Source: Candidatus Ornithoclostridium excrementipullorum
Lineage (GTDB): Bacteria > Bacillota > Clostridia > Christensenellales > UBA3700
Length of the DNA stretch: 64,000 nt
Direction of reading: 5' to 3'
Assembly: GCA_018716085.1 (NCBI GenBank)
Contig: DVKK01000040.1
Location: 1,107 to 65,106, forward strand
The notes under the pieces are model-generated. The model did not search any database. It was given only the letters and a program-made list of their open reading frames with translations, and was not told where the DNA came from. Within the stretch, counting starts at the first letter, position 1. Every line of letters begins with the position of its first letter. Shown here piece by piece: positions 21,359-29,085 of the stretch. The translations under genes and the position numbers were made by a program.

Positions 21359-22648
21359 TCACGCCTCCCCGTACCGTCGAACGAATCCGACAAGTTCGCG
21401 CACCGCGTTTTGCGCTTCGTCCGCGTCTTCGCTCTCCGCCGATATCCTGATCACGGGTTCCGTCCCCGAAGCTCTGACCACGATACGACACCCCGGTCGG
21501 GAGGCTCTGAATTTTCTCATAAAATCCATATATACGTCCGTCTGCACGATCTCTCTTTGCGCCTTCACCGACGCGGAAAACTGCGGCATATCCTCCGCGT
21601 CGTCGAGTTCGTCCGGGCTTTTGCCTTTGCGCGCCGACACAGCGCACAAAGCGAGCGCGGTCGCGATACCGTCCCCCGTCGGCAGAACGTCGGACATGAT
21701 CACGTGCCCCGCCTGTTCTCCGCCGATCTTATATCCTTCGGACAGCATTTCACGCAACACGTATTTATCTCCAACCGCCGTGCGTACGAGCGTTATCCCC
21801 TTGGCAGCCAACGCCTTTTCGACTCCCGAATTTGTCATGACCGTTCCGACCGCGGAGTCGCGGGCAAGCGTCCCCTTCTCCTTCATGTCGCCCGCCAGTA
21901 TGTTGACGGCGTGGTCGCCGTTGACGATCCTGCCGCTTGCGCCGAGCGCGATCACTCTGTCCGCATCCCCGTCGAAAGCGAACGTCGCGTCGAAAAGTTT
22001 CGCCTTTTCCGTCAGTCTGTCTGCGAACAGCGCCCCCGATCCGTCGTTGACGGAAACGCCGTCGGAGCGCGTATTGATACAGGTAGCGCAGGCTCCCGCC
22101 AATTCGAAGGCAAGCGGCGCGGCGGCTCCCGCCGCTCCGTCCGCGCAATCGAGCAACACTCTCACTCCCGAAAGGCAGCCTCCCGCCTTGGAAGCTATAT
22201 ACGCGGCATAAGTGCGGACCGCTCCGCCTGCACGGATCCTTCTGCCCCCGTGCGCCTTGACGGGGGCGGACGACAACAGAGCCTCGACGCGCTTCTCTTC
22301 GGCATCGGACAGCTTGAAGCCCCCTCTCCCGAACACTTTGAGCCCGTTGTATTCGCGCGGATTGTGCGACGCGCTGACGACCACGCCGAAATCCGCGGAG
22401 TATTCCGACGTGAGGTACGCAACGCCCGCAGTGGGAACTATTCCGACGTCTATCGCGATGCCTCCGCAGTATTCTATCGCGGAGCACAGCGCGTCCGCAA
22501 GCGACTCTCCCGACGAGCGCGTATCTCTGCCCACCACGGTAACGCAGCCGGGACGCATGGCGGACAGCGCAAAACCGAGCGATCGCGCCGTAGTTTCGTT
22601 TATCTCCGACGGATAAACTCCTCTGATGCCGTCCGTGCCGAATCTCAT
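21359..22648 (-). CDS. glmM: Phosphoglucosamine mutase
   Basis: 429 aa with FGTDGIRG, the phosphoserine loop SASHNPREYNGLK, and GGEQAGH. Confidence 0.8.
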   Translation of the reverse strand: MRFGTDGIRGVYPSEINETTARSLGFALSAMRPGCVTVVGRDTRSSGESLADALCSAIEYCGGIAIDVGIVPTAGVAYLTSEYSADFGVVVSASHNPREYNGLKVFGRGGFKLSDAEEKRVEALLSSAPVKAHGGRRIRAGGAVRTYAAYIASKAGGCLSGVRVLLDCADGAAGAAAPLAFELAGACATCINTRSDGVSVNDGSGALFADRLTEKAKLFDATFAFDGDADRVIALGASGRIVNGDHAVNILAGDMKEKGTLARDSAVGTVMTNSGVEKALAAKGITLVRTAVGDKYVLREMLSEGYKIGGEQAGHVIMSDVLPTGDGIATALALCAVSARKGKSPDELDDAEDMPQFSASVKAQREIVQTDVYMDFMRKFRASRPGCRIVVRASGTEPVIRISAESEDADEAQNAVRELVGFVRRYGEA

Positions 22649-22649
22649 A

Positions 22650-23246
22650 TCAATACCTCCCCTGAGCCTTGCCGTGTTTGACCGTCTGGCGCGATCTGCC
22701 CACCACCAGTCCGTCCGGCGGTACGGATTCGGTCACCGTCGTGCCCGCCGCTATGTAACTTCCCGAACCTATCTCCAACGGCGCTATGAGATTACAGTTG
22801 CTGCCTATAAAACATCTGTCGCCGACAGAGGTCCGGTGTTTGGTCTTGCCGTCGTAATTTACGAACACCACCCCGCAGCCGATATTGCAGTTTTTGCCTA
22901 TCTCGCAATCTCCCACATAGGTCAAATGCGCGACTTTCGTGCCGTCGCCCACCTCGGCGTTCTTGATCTCCACGAAATCCCCTATGCGGCACCCCTCGCC
23001 TATCTTCGAACCTTTGCGCATATAGGCGAACGGACCCACCGTGGTGTTCTTTCCCACGACCGCGCCGCGCAAAACGGAGGCGGTCACTTCCGCCCCTTCG
23101 CCTATGTCGCAGTCTTCGATGATGCAGTTGGGATAAACGACCGCGCCTTTGCGTATCACGCTGGCGCCGAGTATGGAATTGTTGGGATAAACGACCGCGC
23201 CGTCTTCGATCTTCGACTCGGGCGATATGTAAACGTTTTCGGACAT
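22650..23246 (-). CDS. Stand-alone left-handed beta-helix acetyltransferase equal to the GlmU C-terminal domain
   Basis: 198 aa. GPFAYMRKGSKIGEG..GDFVEIKNAEVGDGTKVAHLTYVGDCEIG..VNYDGKTKHRT aligns by eye with the C-terminal acetyltransferase half of E. coli GlmU. No uridyltransferase domain lies upstream. Confidence 0.75.
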   Translation of the reverse strand: MSENVYISPESKIEDGAVVYPNNSILGASVIRKGAVVYPNCIIEDCDIGEGAEVTASVLRGAVVGKNTTVGPFAYMRKGSKIGEGCRIGDFVEIKNAEVGDGTKVAHLTYVGDCEIGKNCNIGCGVVFVNYDGKTKHRTSVGDRCFIGSNCNLIAPLEIGSGSYIAAGTTVTESVPPDGLVVGRSRQTVKHGKAQGRY

Positions 23247-23308
23247 CCTCCTTGCCTCCTTCCCGCCGGGCGCCCCCGAAACGGTACTTTGCAGTATACG
23301 CCCTCCCC

Positions 23309-23337
23309 TTGATTTTCGTGATAAAATGCGCTACAAT
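23309..23337 (+). promoter_or_regulatory. Promoter TTGATT-17 nt-TACAAT
   Basis: Upstream of the flavin reductase gene; AGGAGG RBS follows. Confidence 0.5.
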
Positions 23338-23356
23338 ACCGTAGGAGGTAACAACA

Positions 23357-23854
23357 ATGAACAGAATATCGCCCGATCGACTCGGAGGCAACGTATTTCA
23401 GACCATAGGAAAACAGTGGATGCTCGTAGGCGCTTCGGCGGACGGCAGAGTGAACGCGATGACCGCTTCGTGGGGCGGCATGGGAGTGCTGTGGAACAAA
23501 AACGTGGTATTCGTCTTTCTCCGTCCGCAGAGATTCACCAAGACGCTGGTGGACAAAGCCGAATATTTTTCGCTCTCGTTCTTCGGAGAGGAAGATCGCG
23601 GGATGCTGACGTATATGGGAAGGGTTTCGGGACGCGACGAGGACAAGATCGCGGCTCAGGGACTGAACTTCGAACTCGTGAACGGCGCGCCCGTATTCGA
23701 AAAGGCGCAGACCACTCTCATATGCCGCAAGCTTTACAGACAGACCCTTGACGAAAAATGTTTTATCGACGGTACGATCGCCGAAAAAAACTATCCCGCG
23801 AAAGACTGGCACGACGTATACGTCGCCGAAATAACCGATATATTCACCGCGTGA
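23357..23854 (+). CDS. Flavin reductase-like (flavoredoxin) family protein
   Basis: 165 aa with the NAMTASWGG motif typical of the family. Confidence 0.8.
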   Translation: MNRISPDRLGGNVFQTIGKQWMLVGASADGRVNAMTASWGGMGVLWNKNVVFVFLRPQRFTKTLVDKAEYFSLSFFGEEDRGMLTYMGRVSGRDEDKIAAQGLNFELVNGAPVFEKAQTTLICRKLYRQTLDEKCFIDGTIAEKNYPAKDWHDVYVAEITDIFTA

Positions 23855-23871
23855 CCGCCGCGAAAACGAAA

Positions 23872-23896
23872 ACTCCCCGAAAAAGGGGAGCTTTTT
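23872..23896. terminator. Bidirectional intrinsic terminator
   Basis: CTCCCC-GAAAAA-GGGGAG with T6 on the plus strand and a U-rich tract on the minus strand. Confidence 0.85.
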
Positions 23897-23899
23897 TAT

Positions 23900-23929
23900 C
23901 CGCGGGGTGAATTATACTTTCAAGTGCAA
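23900..23929. repeat. Copy A of a dispersed 30-nt element CGCGGGGYGAATYATACTTTCAARYGCRAC
   Basis: 25/30 identity with 48970-48999, and all 5 differences are transitions. Both copies start 3-4 nt after a terminator T-tract. Confidence 0.8.
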
Positions 23930-23980
23930 CGCTTTAACGAGAAAAAGGGTTCATAAAGCCGCATCCTCGGACCGCACATA

Positions 23981-25231
23981 TCAGGCGTCCCGTTCGCTTT
24001 CGGACGACGGACTTACCGACGGCTCTTCTGCAAAGTCCTTCTTCCCGCCCGCTCTTCGGCGACTTCCGAAGAACAGCGCCGCCGAACATACGGCGAGGAT
24101 CACCGGAAAAACGGACGAGAACAACAGCCCCGTGGCAAGACTTCCGTCTGCGGCGTCGGATACGAAACCTACCAGCGTAGGACCTCCCGTACAACCCATA
24201 TCGCCCGAGAGCGACAGCAACGCGAACAGCGCGGTACCGCCCTTGGGCATACGCCCTATCGCAAGGCTGAACGTAGCGGGCCAGAAAATTCCGACCGAGA
24301 AACCGCAAAGCGCGCAGCCGATCAGACCGAGAACGGGGTCGGGCGACAGCGCCGCGAGCAGATAAGATCCCAGACACAGTATACAGCATCCGAAGATCGT
24401 GGCGGGCGCGTTCAATTTTGCGCCGAACTTGGCATACAGAACTCTCGCCGCGCCCATCAGAAGAGCGAACAGGCACGGTCCGAACAGATCTCCCTGCGTC
24501 TTGGAGACCCCCAGCCCGCTCTCCGCGAATGCGGACGCCCATTGGCTCATCGACAATTCCGCCGCGCCCGCGCACAGCATCATGACGGCGAACAGCCAGA
24601 AAGTCTTGGACGACAGCAGTTTCCTTATCTTCGTACCGCCCTCTTCGCCTCCGAGCATATTTACCGGGACGAAGCCGAAATATATCGCGTTGAATATCGG
24701 GACGATCGCCCACGCCGCAGCGAGCCAACGCCAGTTATTTGCGCCGACCGCTCCGATAATGACCGTGGAGAGGAGTATGACGCCCGCGCTGCCCCAGCAA
24801 TAAAACGAGTGGAGCAGGCTCATCGCTCCCGTCTTGTCCTTGGTCGGACACGCCTCGGCGATCGGGCTTATCAGCACTTCGATCAAACCGCCGCCTATCG
24901 CGTACAATACCACCGCCGTCACCAATCCGGCGTAAGGATCTCCGACGGACGGGAAAGTCGCCAATCCTATCAGACCTGCGGCGCTGAAAACGTGCGCCGC
25001 GATCACGCAGGGCTTATATCCGATCCTGTCCACCGCCTTCGCGGCGATCATATCGACAAACAGCTGCGTAAAGAAATTGATCGTGACCAAAAGCGTTATC
25101 TTGTCCAGCCCTATGCCGAATTCGCTTTGGAAAGTGAGAAAAAGCAGAGGCGCGAAGTTGTTGATGATCGCCTGCGTGATATAGCCTATAAAACAAGCCG
25201 AAAGCGTATGCCCGTAGCCGAGTTTCTTCAT
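23981..25231 (-). CDS. MFS transporter
   Basis: ORF to 25264. The start at MKKLGYG has GGGAGGG upstream. 12-TM-like hydrophobic profile. Confidence 0.8.
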   Translation of the reverse strand: MKKLGYGHTLSACFIGYITQAIINNFAPLLFLTFQSEFGIGLDKITLLVTINFFTQLFVDMIAAKAVDRIGYKPCVIAAHVFSAAGLIGLATFPSVGDPYAGLVTAVVLYAIGGGLIEVLISPIAEACPTKDKTGAMSLLHSFYCWGSAGVILLSTVIIGAVGANNWRWLAAAWAIVPIFNAIYFGFVPVNMLGGEEGGTKIRKLLSSKTFWLFAVMMLCAGAAELSMSQWASAFAESGLGVSKTQGDLFGPCLFALLMGAARVLYAKFGAKLNAPATIFGCCILCLGSYLLAALSPDPVLGLIGCALCGFSVGIFWPATFSLAIGRMPKGGTALFALLSLSGDMGCTGGPTLVGFVSDAADGSLATGLLFSSVFPVILAVCSAALFFGSRRRAGGKKDFAEEPSVSPSSESERDA

Positions 25232-25289
25232 CGATCCCTCCCGTATGCAACGATATTCTGCCATGTAGCGCAGGCAATGTCAACCGAAT

Positions 25290-25922
25290 TCAGCCATCTG
25301 TTCCCCGACCGTCGTCTTCGTCCTTTTTTCCGCTCCCGTCTTGTTCGGAATGAACGCCGACGGGCTTTCCGTCTGTTTCGTTCTTATTTTTTCCGCGTGC
25401 GATTTTCGCCGAAGTCAGCGCTTTCGAAACGGCGGGAGCGACCGCTGCGGCGACGGCGACCGCCACCGCCGCCTGTACGGAATCGTTGGGAAGATTGGCA
25501 AAAGCCGCCTCGGGCGAGCCCCACCACAGCGAGTTGGTCAGATAATATCCGGCTATCATCCACGCGCCCGCCGCCACGGTAGACAAAACGAATACCGCCC
25601 ATCCCGCGGCTCCGCCCCGCCTTGTTGCGACCCTGCGCGCCAAAAGCGCTCCGAACCCCGCCAAAGCGCCCTCGATCGCTTTTATCGCCAGCGAAAACCA
25701 CATCGTCGCGGGAAATACCGCCGCATCGGCGATAAAACTTCCGACGCCGCCCGCAAAAGCGGCGGGCAGAGGTCCGAAAAACGCCGCCGTGAGAAATATG
25801 GCGGCGTCGCCGAGCGTAAAAAGCGCCGTTCCCGTGTTTACGCTCAGATAGAGCGTCGCCAAAGCCGTGACCGCAGTCATCGCCGCAGTGGCGGCAAGAG
25901 TGCGCGATCTGCTTCTCTTCAT
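25290..25922 (-). CDS. ribU: ECF transporter S component, riboflavin-specific (RibU)
   Basis: 210-aa multi-TM protein directly downstream of an FMN riboswitch. Confidence 0.8.
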   Translation of the reverse strand: MKRSRSRTLAATAAMTAVTALATLYLSVNTGTALFTLGDAAIFLTAAFFGPLPAAFAGGVGSFIADAAVFPATMWFSLAIKAIEGALAGFGALLARRVATRRGGAAGWAVFVLSTVAAGAWMIAGYYLTNSLWWGSPEAAFANLPNDSVQAAVAVAVAAAVAPAVSKALTSAKIARGKNKNETDGKPVGVHSEQDGSGKKDEDDGRGTDG

Positions 25923-25942
25923 AAAGCCCTCCGCGGGCAGGA

Positions 25943-26122
25943 CAAAAAAAATTCCGCTGCTGCGGAAAAGAAATCATACACGGAAAAATATCCGTGCCAT
26001 ACTCTTTCCCATTCCGACTTCACGGGCGGTCGCGGGATCTCACCGCGTCGGCTGCTGGGGCTGTCGGACTCGTCCGTTCGAAAACGGCATCACCGCCGGT
26101 CGGCTATCGCCTGCCCAAAGAT
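25943..26122 (-). promoter_or_regulatory. FMN riboswitch (RFN element) with terminator platform
   Basis: Minus strand reads AUCUUUGGGCAGGCGAUAGCCGACCGGCGGUGAUGCC...GCGGUGAGAUCCCGCGACCGCCCGUGAAGUCGGAAUGGGAAAGAG, matching RFN core blocks. It is followed by UUCCGC-AGCA-GCGGAA plus U8. Confidence 0.85.
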
Positions 26123-26133
26123 GTATTGACTGC

Positions 26134-26162
26134 ATTATACGACCGTTTGAGTTTTATGTCAA
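26134..26162 (-). promoter_or_regulatory. Consensus promoter TTGACA-17 nt-TATAAT driving the FMN riboswitch and ribU
   Basis: Perfect hexamers read on the minus strand. Confidence 0.7.
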
Positions 26163-26225
26163 CGGTTTTCGGCGATTCGAAGCAAAGCCGCCCTCCGATA
26201 GGTCGAAAAACGACCGTTAAATACG

Positions 26226-26250
26226 AAAAGCGCGGCGACGCCGCGCTTTT
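26226..26250. terminator. Intrinsic terminator after asnS
   Basis: AAAAGCGCGGCG-ACG-CCGCGCTTTT palindrome 28 nt after the asnS stop. Confidence 0.8.
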
Positions 26251-26277
26251 AACGTTTCTTCGGTTACCGTTCCGCCG

Positions 26278-27669
26278 TCAGAATTCCGCGTTGCCGGTGG
26301 TGCGGGCAAACGGGATGACGTCGCGTATGTTCTGCATACCGGTGAGGTACATGATCAGTCTTTCGAATCCGAGACCGAATCCCGCGTGCTTTACGCCTCC
26401 GAAGCGCCTCAGGTCGAGATACCACCAGTAATCTTTTTCGTTGAGCCCGAGCTCTTTCATGCGCGCGGTAAGCAGCTCCAATCTTTCCTCTCTCTGCGAA
26501 CCGCCTATGATCTCGCCCACTCCCGGGACGAGCATATCGACCGCCGCAACGGTCTTGCCGTCGTCGTTCAGGCGCATATAGAAAGCCTTTATCTCCTTGG
26601 GATAGTCCGTGACGAAGATCGGCGTGCCGAATATCTTCTCGGTAAGATATCTCTCGTGCTCGGTCTGCAGATCGCAGCCCCACTCCACGGGGAATTTGAA
26701 TTCGTCCTTATGCTCCTGCAGAAGCCGTATCGCCTCGGTGTAGGTGACCTTCCTGAATTCGCTGTCCACGATATGCCGCAGTCTTTCCAGGAGCCCCTTG
26801 TCCATAAAGTCGTTGAAGAACTTCATCTCCTCGGGGCATTTCTCCAACACGTCGGCTATGACGTACTTGATCATATCCCTTGCCAGATCCATGTCGTCGT
26901 CGAGATCGGCAAACGCGATCTCGGGCTCTATCATCCAGAATTCCGCAGCGTGACGGTTGGTGTAACTCTTCTCCGCCCTGAACGTGGGACCGAACGTATA
27001 CACGTTGGAAAACGCGAGCGCGAAACACTCGGCGTTGAGCTGTCCGCTGACCGTGAGGTTGGACTGCTTGCCGAAAAAGTCCTGCGACCAATCCACAGCG
27101 CCGTCCTCTTTGAGCGGAGGCTTGACCGGATCGAGCGTGGTCACGCGGAACATCTCGCCCGCGCCCTCGCAGTCGCTGCCGGTGATCAACGGCGTGTTGA
27201 CGTAGATAAACCCTCTCGAAGCGAAAAACGCGTGTATCGCCTGCGCCGCGACGCTCCTCACGCGGAACACCGCCTGAAAAGTATTTGCGCGCGGTCTCAG
27301 ATGCGCTATTTCGCGCAGAAACTCGAATGTATGTCTTTTCTTCTGCAACGGATATTCGGGCGTGGATACCGCGAGTATCTCGGCTTTGTCGGCCTTGATC
27401 TCGTACGGCTGTTTCGCCTCGGGAGTGAGCACCAAAGTGCCCTCCACCGCGACTGCGGCGCCGACGTTCTGCGAAACGAGTTCCTTATAACCCGGCATGG
27501 ACGAGTCGGCTACCACCTGCGTGGTCTTGAACTTCGTGCCGTCCGTCAATTCCACGAACGCGAAATTCTTACCGTCGCGCACGGTCCTGATCCAACCGTG
27601 GACCTTTATCTTACAGCCTCCGAGCTCGGCGCTCTTATCCGCTACTTCTTTCAAAGTGTATTCCCGCAT
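26278..27669 (-). CDS. asnS: Asparagine--tRNA ligase
   Basis: 463 aa. N-terminal OB fold ([11 protein letters not shown]) plus a class II core ([29 protein letters not shown]). Confidence 0.95.
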   Translation of the reverse strand: MREYTLKEVADKSAELGGCKIKVHGWIRTVRDGKNFAFVELTDGTKFKTTQVVADSSMPGYKELVSQNVGAAVAVEGTLVLTPEAKQPYEIKADKAEILAVSTPEYPLQKKRHTFEFLREIAHLRPRANTFQAVFRVRSVAAQAIHAFFASRGFIYVNTPLITGSDCEGAGEMFRVTTLDPVKPPLKEDGAVDWSQDFFGKQSNLTVSGQLNAECFALAFSNVYTFGPTFRAEKSYTNRHAAEFWMIEPEIAFADLDDDMDLARDMIKYVIADVLEKCPEEMKFFNDFMDKGLLERLRHIVDSEFRKVTYTEAIRLLQEHKDEFKFPVEWGCDLQTEHERYLTEKIFGTPIFVTDYPKEIKAFYMRLNDDGKTVAAVDMLVPGVGEIIGGSQREERLELLTARMKELGLNEKDYWWYLDLRRFGGVKHAGFGLGFERLIMYLTGMQNIRDVIPFARTTGNAEF

Positions 27670-27709
27670 ATCGAAACCTCTTTTTCTTCATTGCTCGTTT
27701 ATGTTTGCA

Positions 27710-27738
27710 ATTATAGCATATGCGCCGCACGCGCGCAA
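27710..27738 (-). promoter_or_regulatory. asnS promoter TTGCGC-17 nt-TATAAT
   Basis: Read on the minus strand. A short leader with an AAGAGG RBS leaves no room for a T-box. Confidence 0.4.
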
Positions 27739-27755
27739 GTAAGTAGAGCAAGTTT

Positions 27756-27826
27756 GGCAAGTCGGACAAGCCCGGCAGGCAAAGCAAGTCGGGCAAGCCC
27801 GGCAAGACGCAGACGTAGCAGACGTA
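27756..27826. repeat. Short tandem repeats upstream of the asnS promoter
   Basis: GGCAAGTCGGACAAGCCCGGCAGG and GCAAGTCGGGCAAGCCCGGCAAG (period about 28 bp), then GCAGACGTA x2. Confidence 0.85.
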
Positions 27827-28006
27827 ACGGAAACGCCCCGTCCCCTCCGTACCGCCGTCACGAAACAAAAAACGGCGGATAAGACTCCGTCGGACGCTTT
27901 ACGAAAATTTTTCAAAAACGCATTTTTTAACGCGAAAACAGGTTTTTCTCAAAAAATCCCGCACATGCGCGCGGATATCCGCGCGAGTTTCTGTCTTCCC
28001 CTACTG

Positions 28007-28035
28007 TTGCAATCATGCCGCGGCTGTGCTATACT
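28007..28035 (+). promoter_or_regulatory. Promoter TTGCAA-17 nt-TATACT
   Basis: Upstream of the MDR-like gene; AAGGAG RBS. Confidence 0.55.
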
Positions 28036-28059
28036 GTATAGACAAGCAAGGAGTTTTGT

Positions 28060-29025
28060 ATGAGATCCTGGATGATAACTCGACCCGGAACACTGGAACA
28101 GACCTCGTCGGAAGACGACATCCTGCCTCAGGACTGCGCAAGAGTGCGCGCGGCGAGAGTCGCGGTATCCCCTTCGGATACGGCGGCTTTTACGGGCAAA
28201 TCGGGCAAATACCCCGTCGTACCCGGAAGGATAGCGATGGGGCTCGTCAGCGAGAGCAACGATATGACGCTTAAAATAGGTCAGCGCGTCATGCTCTCTC
28301 CCTACCGTCATACGGAAAAGGGTACTTTGGTCAAAGGCGTGGACTGCGACGGATATTTCTCCGACTTCGTGACCTGCCCGCTGTCCGAAATATACGTAAT
28401 GCCCGAGGGCGTATCCGACGAATCGGTGGTATTCGTCGAAGACGTCGCTCTCGCGGTCGCCGTACTCGAAAAACTCGACATCGCAAAGACCCAATATCTT
28501 CTGCTCAACGGCTGTTCGGTGCTCAACTGCGTGATCGCTCAGCTCGCCATATATTATCAGGCTATACCCGTTATGGCGGACAGACGGCGCGAGATGCTCG
28601 AACTCGCCGAGGATATGGGCGTATATTATACCGTCAATCCCGACGAAGAAGACGTATTCGAAAAGATCAAGGAGATCACCTCGGGCGCCATGTGCGACTG
28701 CATGGCGGCAGACGCGGACTTCTTCCCCGACGCGAGCGCCCTCTTCCCGTGCCTGAAAACGGGGGGCAAAGCCGCATTCTGCGGAATCGGCGGAGCGACC
28801 TGTTCCGCCTACGCCCCGATATCGGATATCGTGTCGAAGCGACTCGAAGTATACGGAGTCAACAGCGGCGACGGCGAACTGGAAACAGCGATAAACATGA
28901 TCGCCACCGAGATCGTCAAAGTGGACGGACTGTTCGGAAATCTCGAAGAATTCTCCGACGCTCCCGCCGTACTCGAAAAAGCCGCCTCGGCTCAGGCGGG
29001 TATGAAGACGATAGTAAGATTCTGA
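28060..29025 (+). CDS. Medium-chain dehydrogenase/reductase (zinc-ADH-like) protein with degenerate catalytic and cofactor motifs
   Basis: 321 aa with a GroES-like N-terminus and a Rossmann-like C-terminus. VSPSD replaces GICGSD, PGRIAMG replaces GHE..G, and NGCSVLN replaces GxGxxG. Confidence 0.65.
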   Translation: MRSWMITRPGTLEQTSSEDDILPQDCARVRAARVAVSPSDTAAFTGKSGKYPVVPGRIAMGLVSESNDMTLKIGQRVMLSPYRHTEKGTLVKGVDCDGYFSDFVTCPLSEIYVMPEGVSDESVVFVEDVALAVAVLEKLDIAKTQYLLLNGCSVLNCVIAQLAIYYQAIPVMADRRREMLELAEDMGVYYTVNPDEEDVFEKIKEITSGAMCDCMAADADFFPDASALFPCLKTGGKAAFCGIGGATCSAYAPISDIVSKRLEVYGVNSGDGELETAINMIATEIVKVDGLFGNLEEFSDAPAVLEKAASAQAGMKTIVRF

Positions 29026-29054
29026 TCTTCCGCTGCTTTACTGCGAAAACGCGC

Positions 29055-29085
29055 GGATCCCGACGACCGTCGGGATCCTTCTTTT
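29055..29085. terminator. Bidirectional intrinsic terminator
   Basis: GGATCCCGAC-GACC-GTCGGGATCC followed by TTCTTTT; overlaps the murC stop codon. Confidence 0.8.

Noticed and set aside
25999-26122. First impression of a cobalamin riboswitch (GGTGAGATCCC, AATGGGAA)
   Set aside because: The order of the blocks, together with ACCGGCGGT and GUGAAGUCGGAAUGGGAAAGAG, fits the FMN (RFN) element. No B12 box is present in the correct orientation.
27688-27915. 75-aa Cys-rich ORF (…SCRACPTCFACRACPTCQTC…) that could be taken for a RiPP-like precursor
   Set aside because: The Cys pattern is a by-product of the DNA tandem repeat. The start is TTG without an SD, it uses the otherwise avoided TTA codon, it runs across the asnS promoter, and no maturation genes are nearby.
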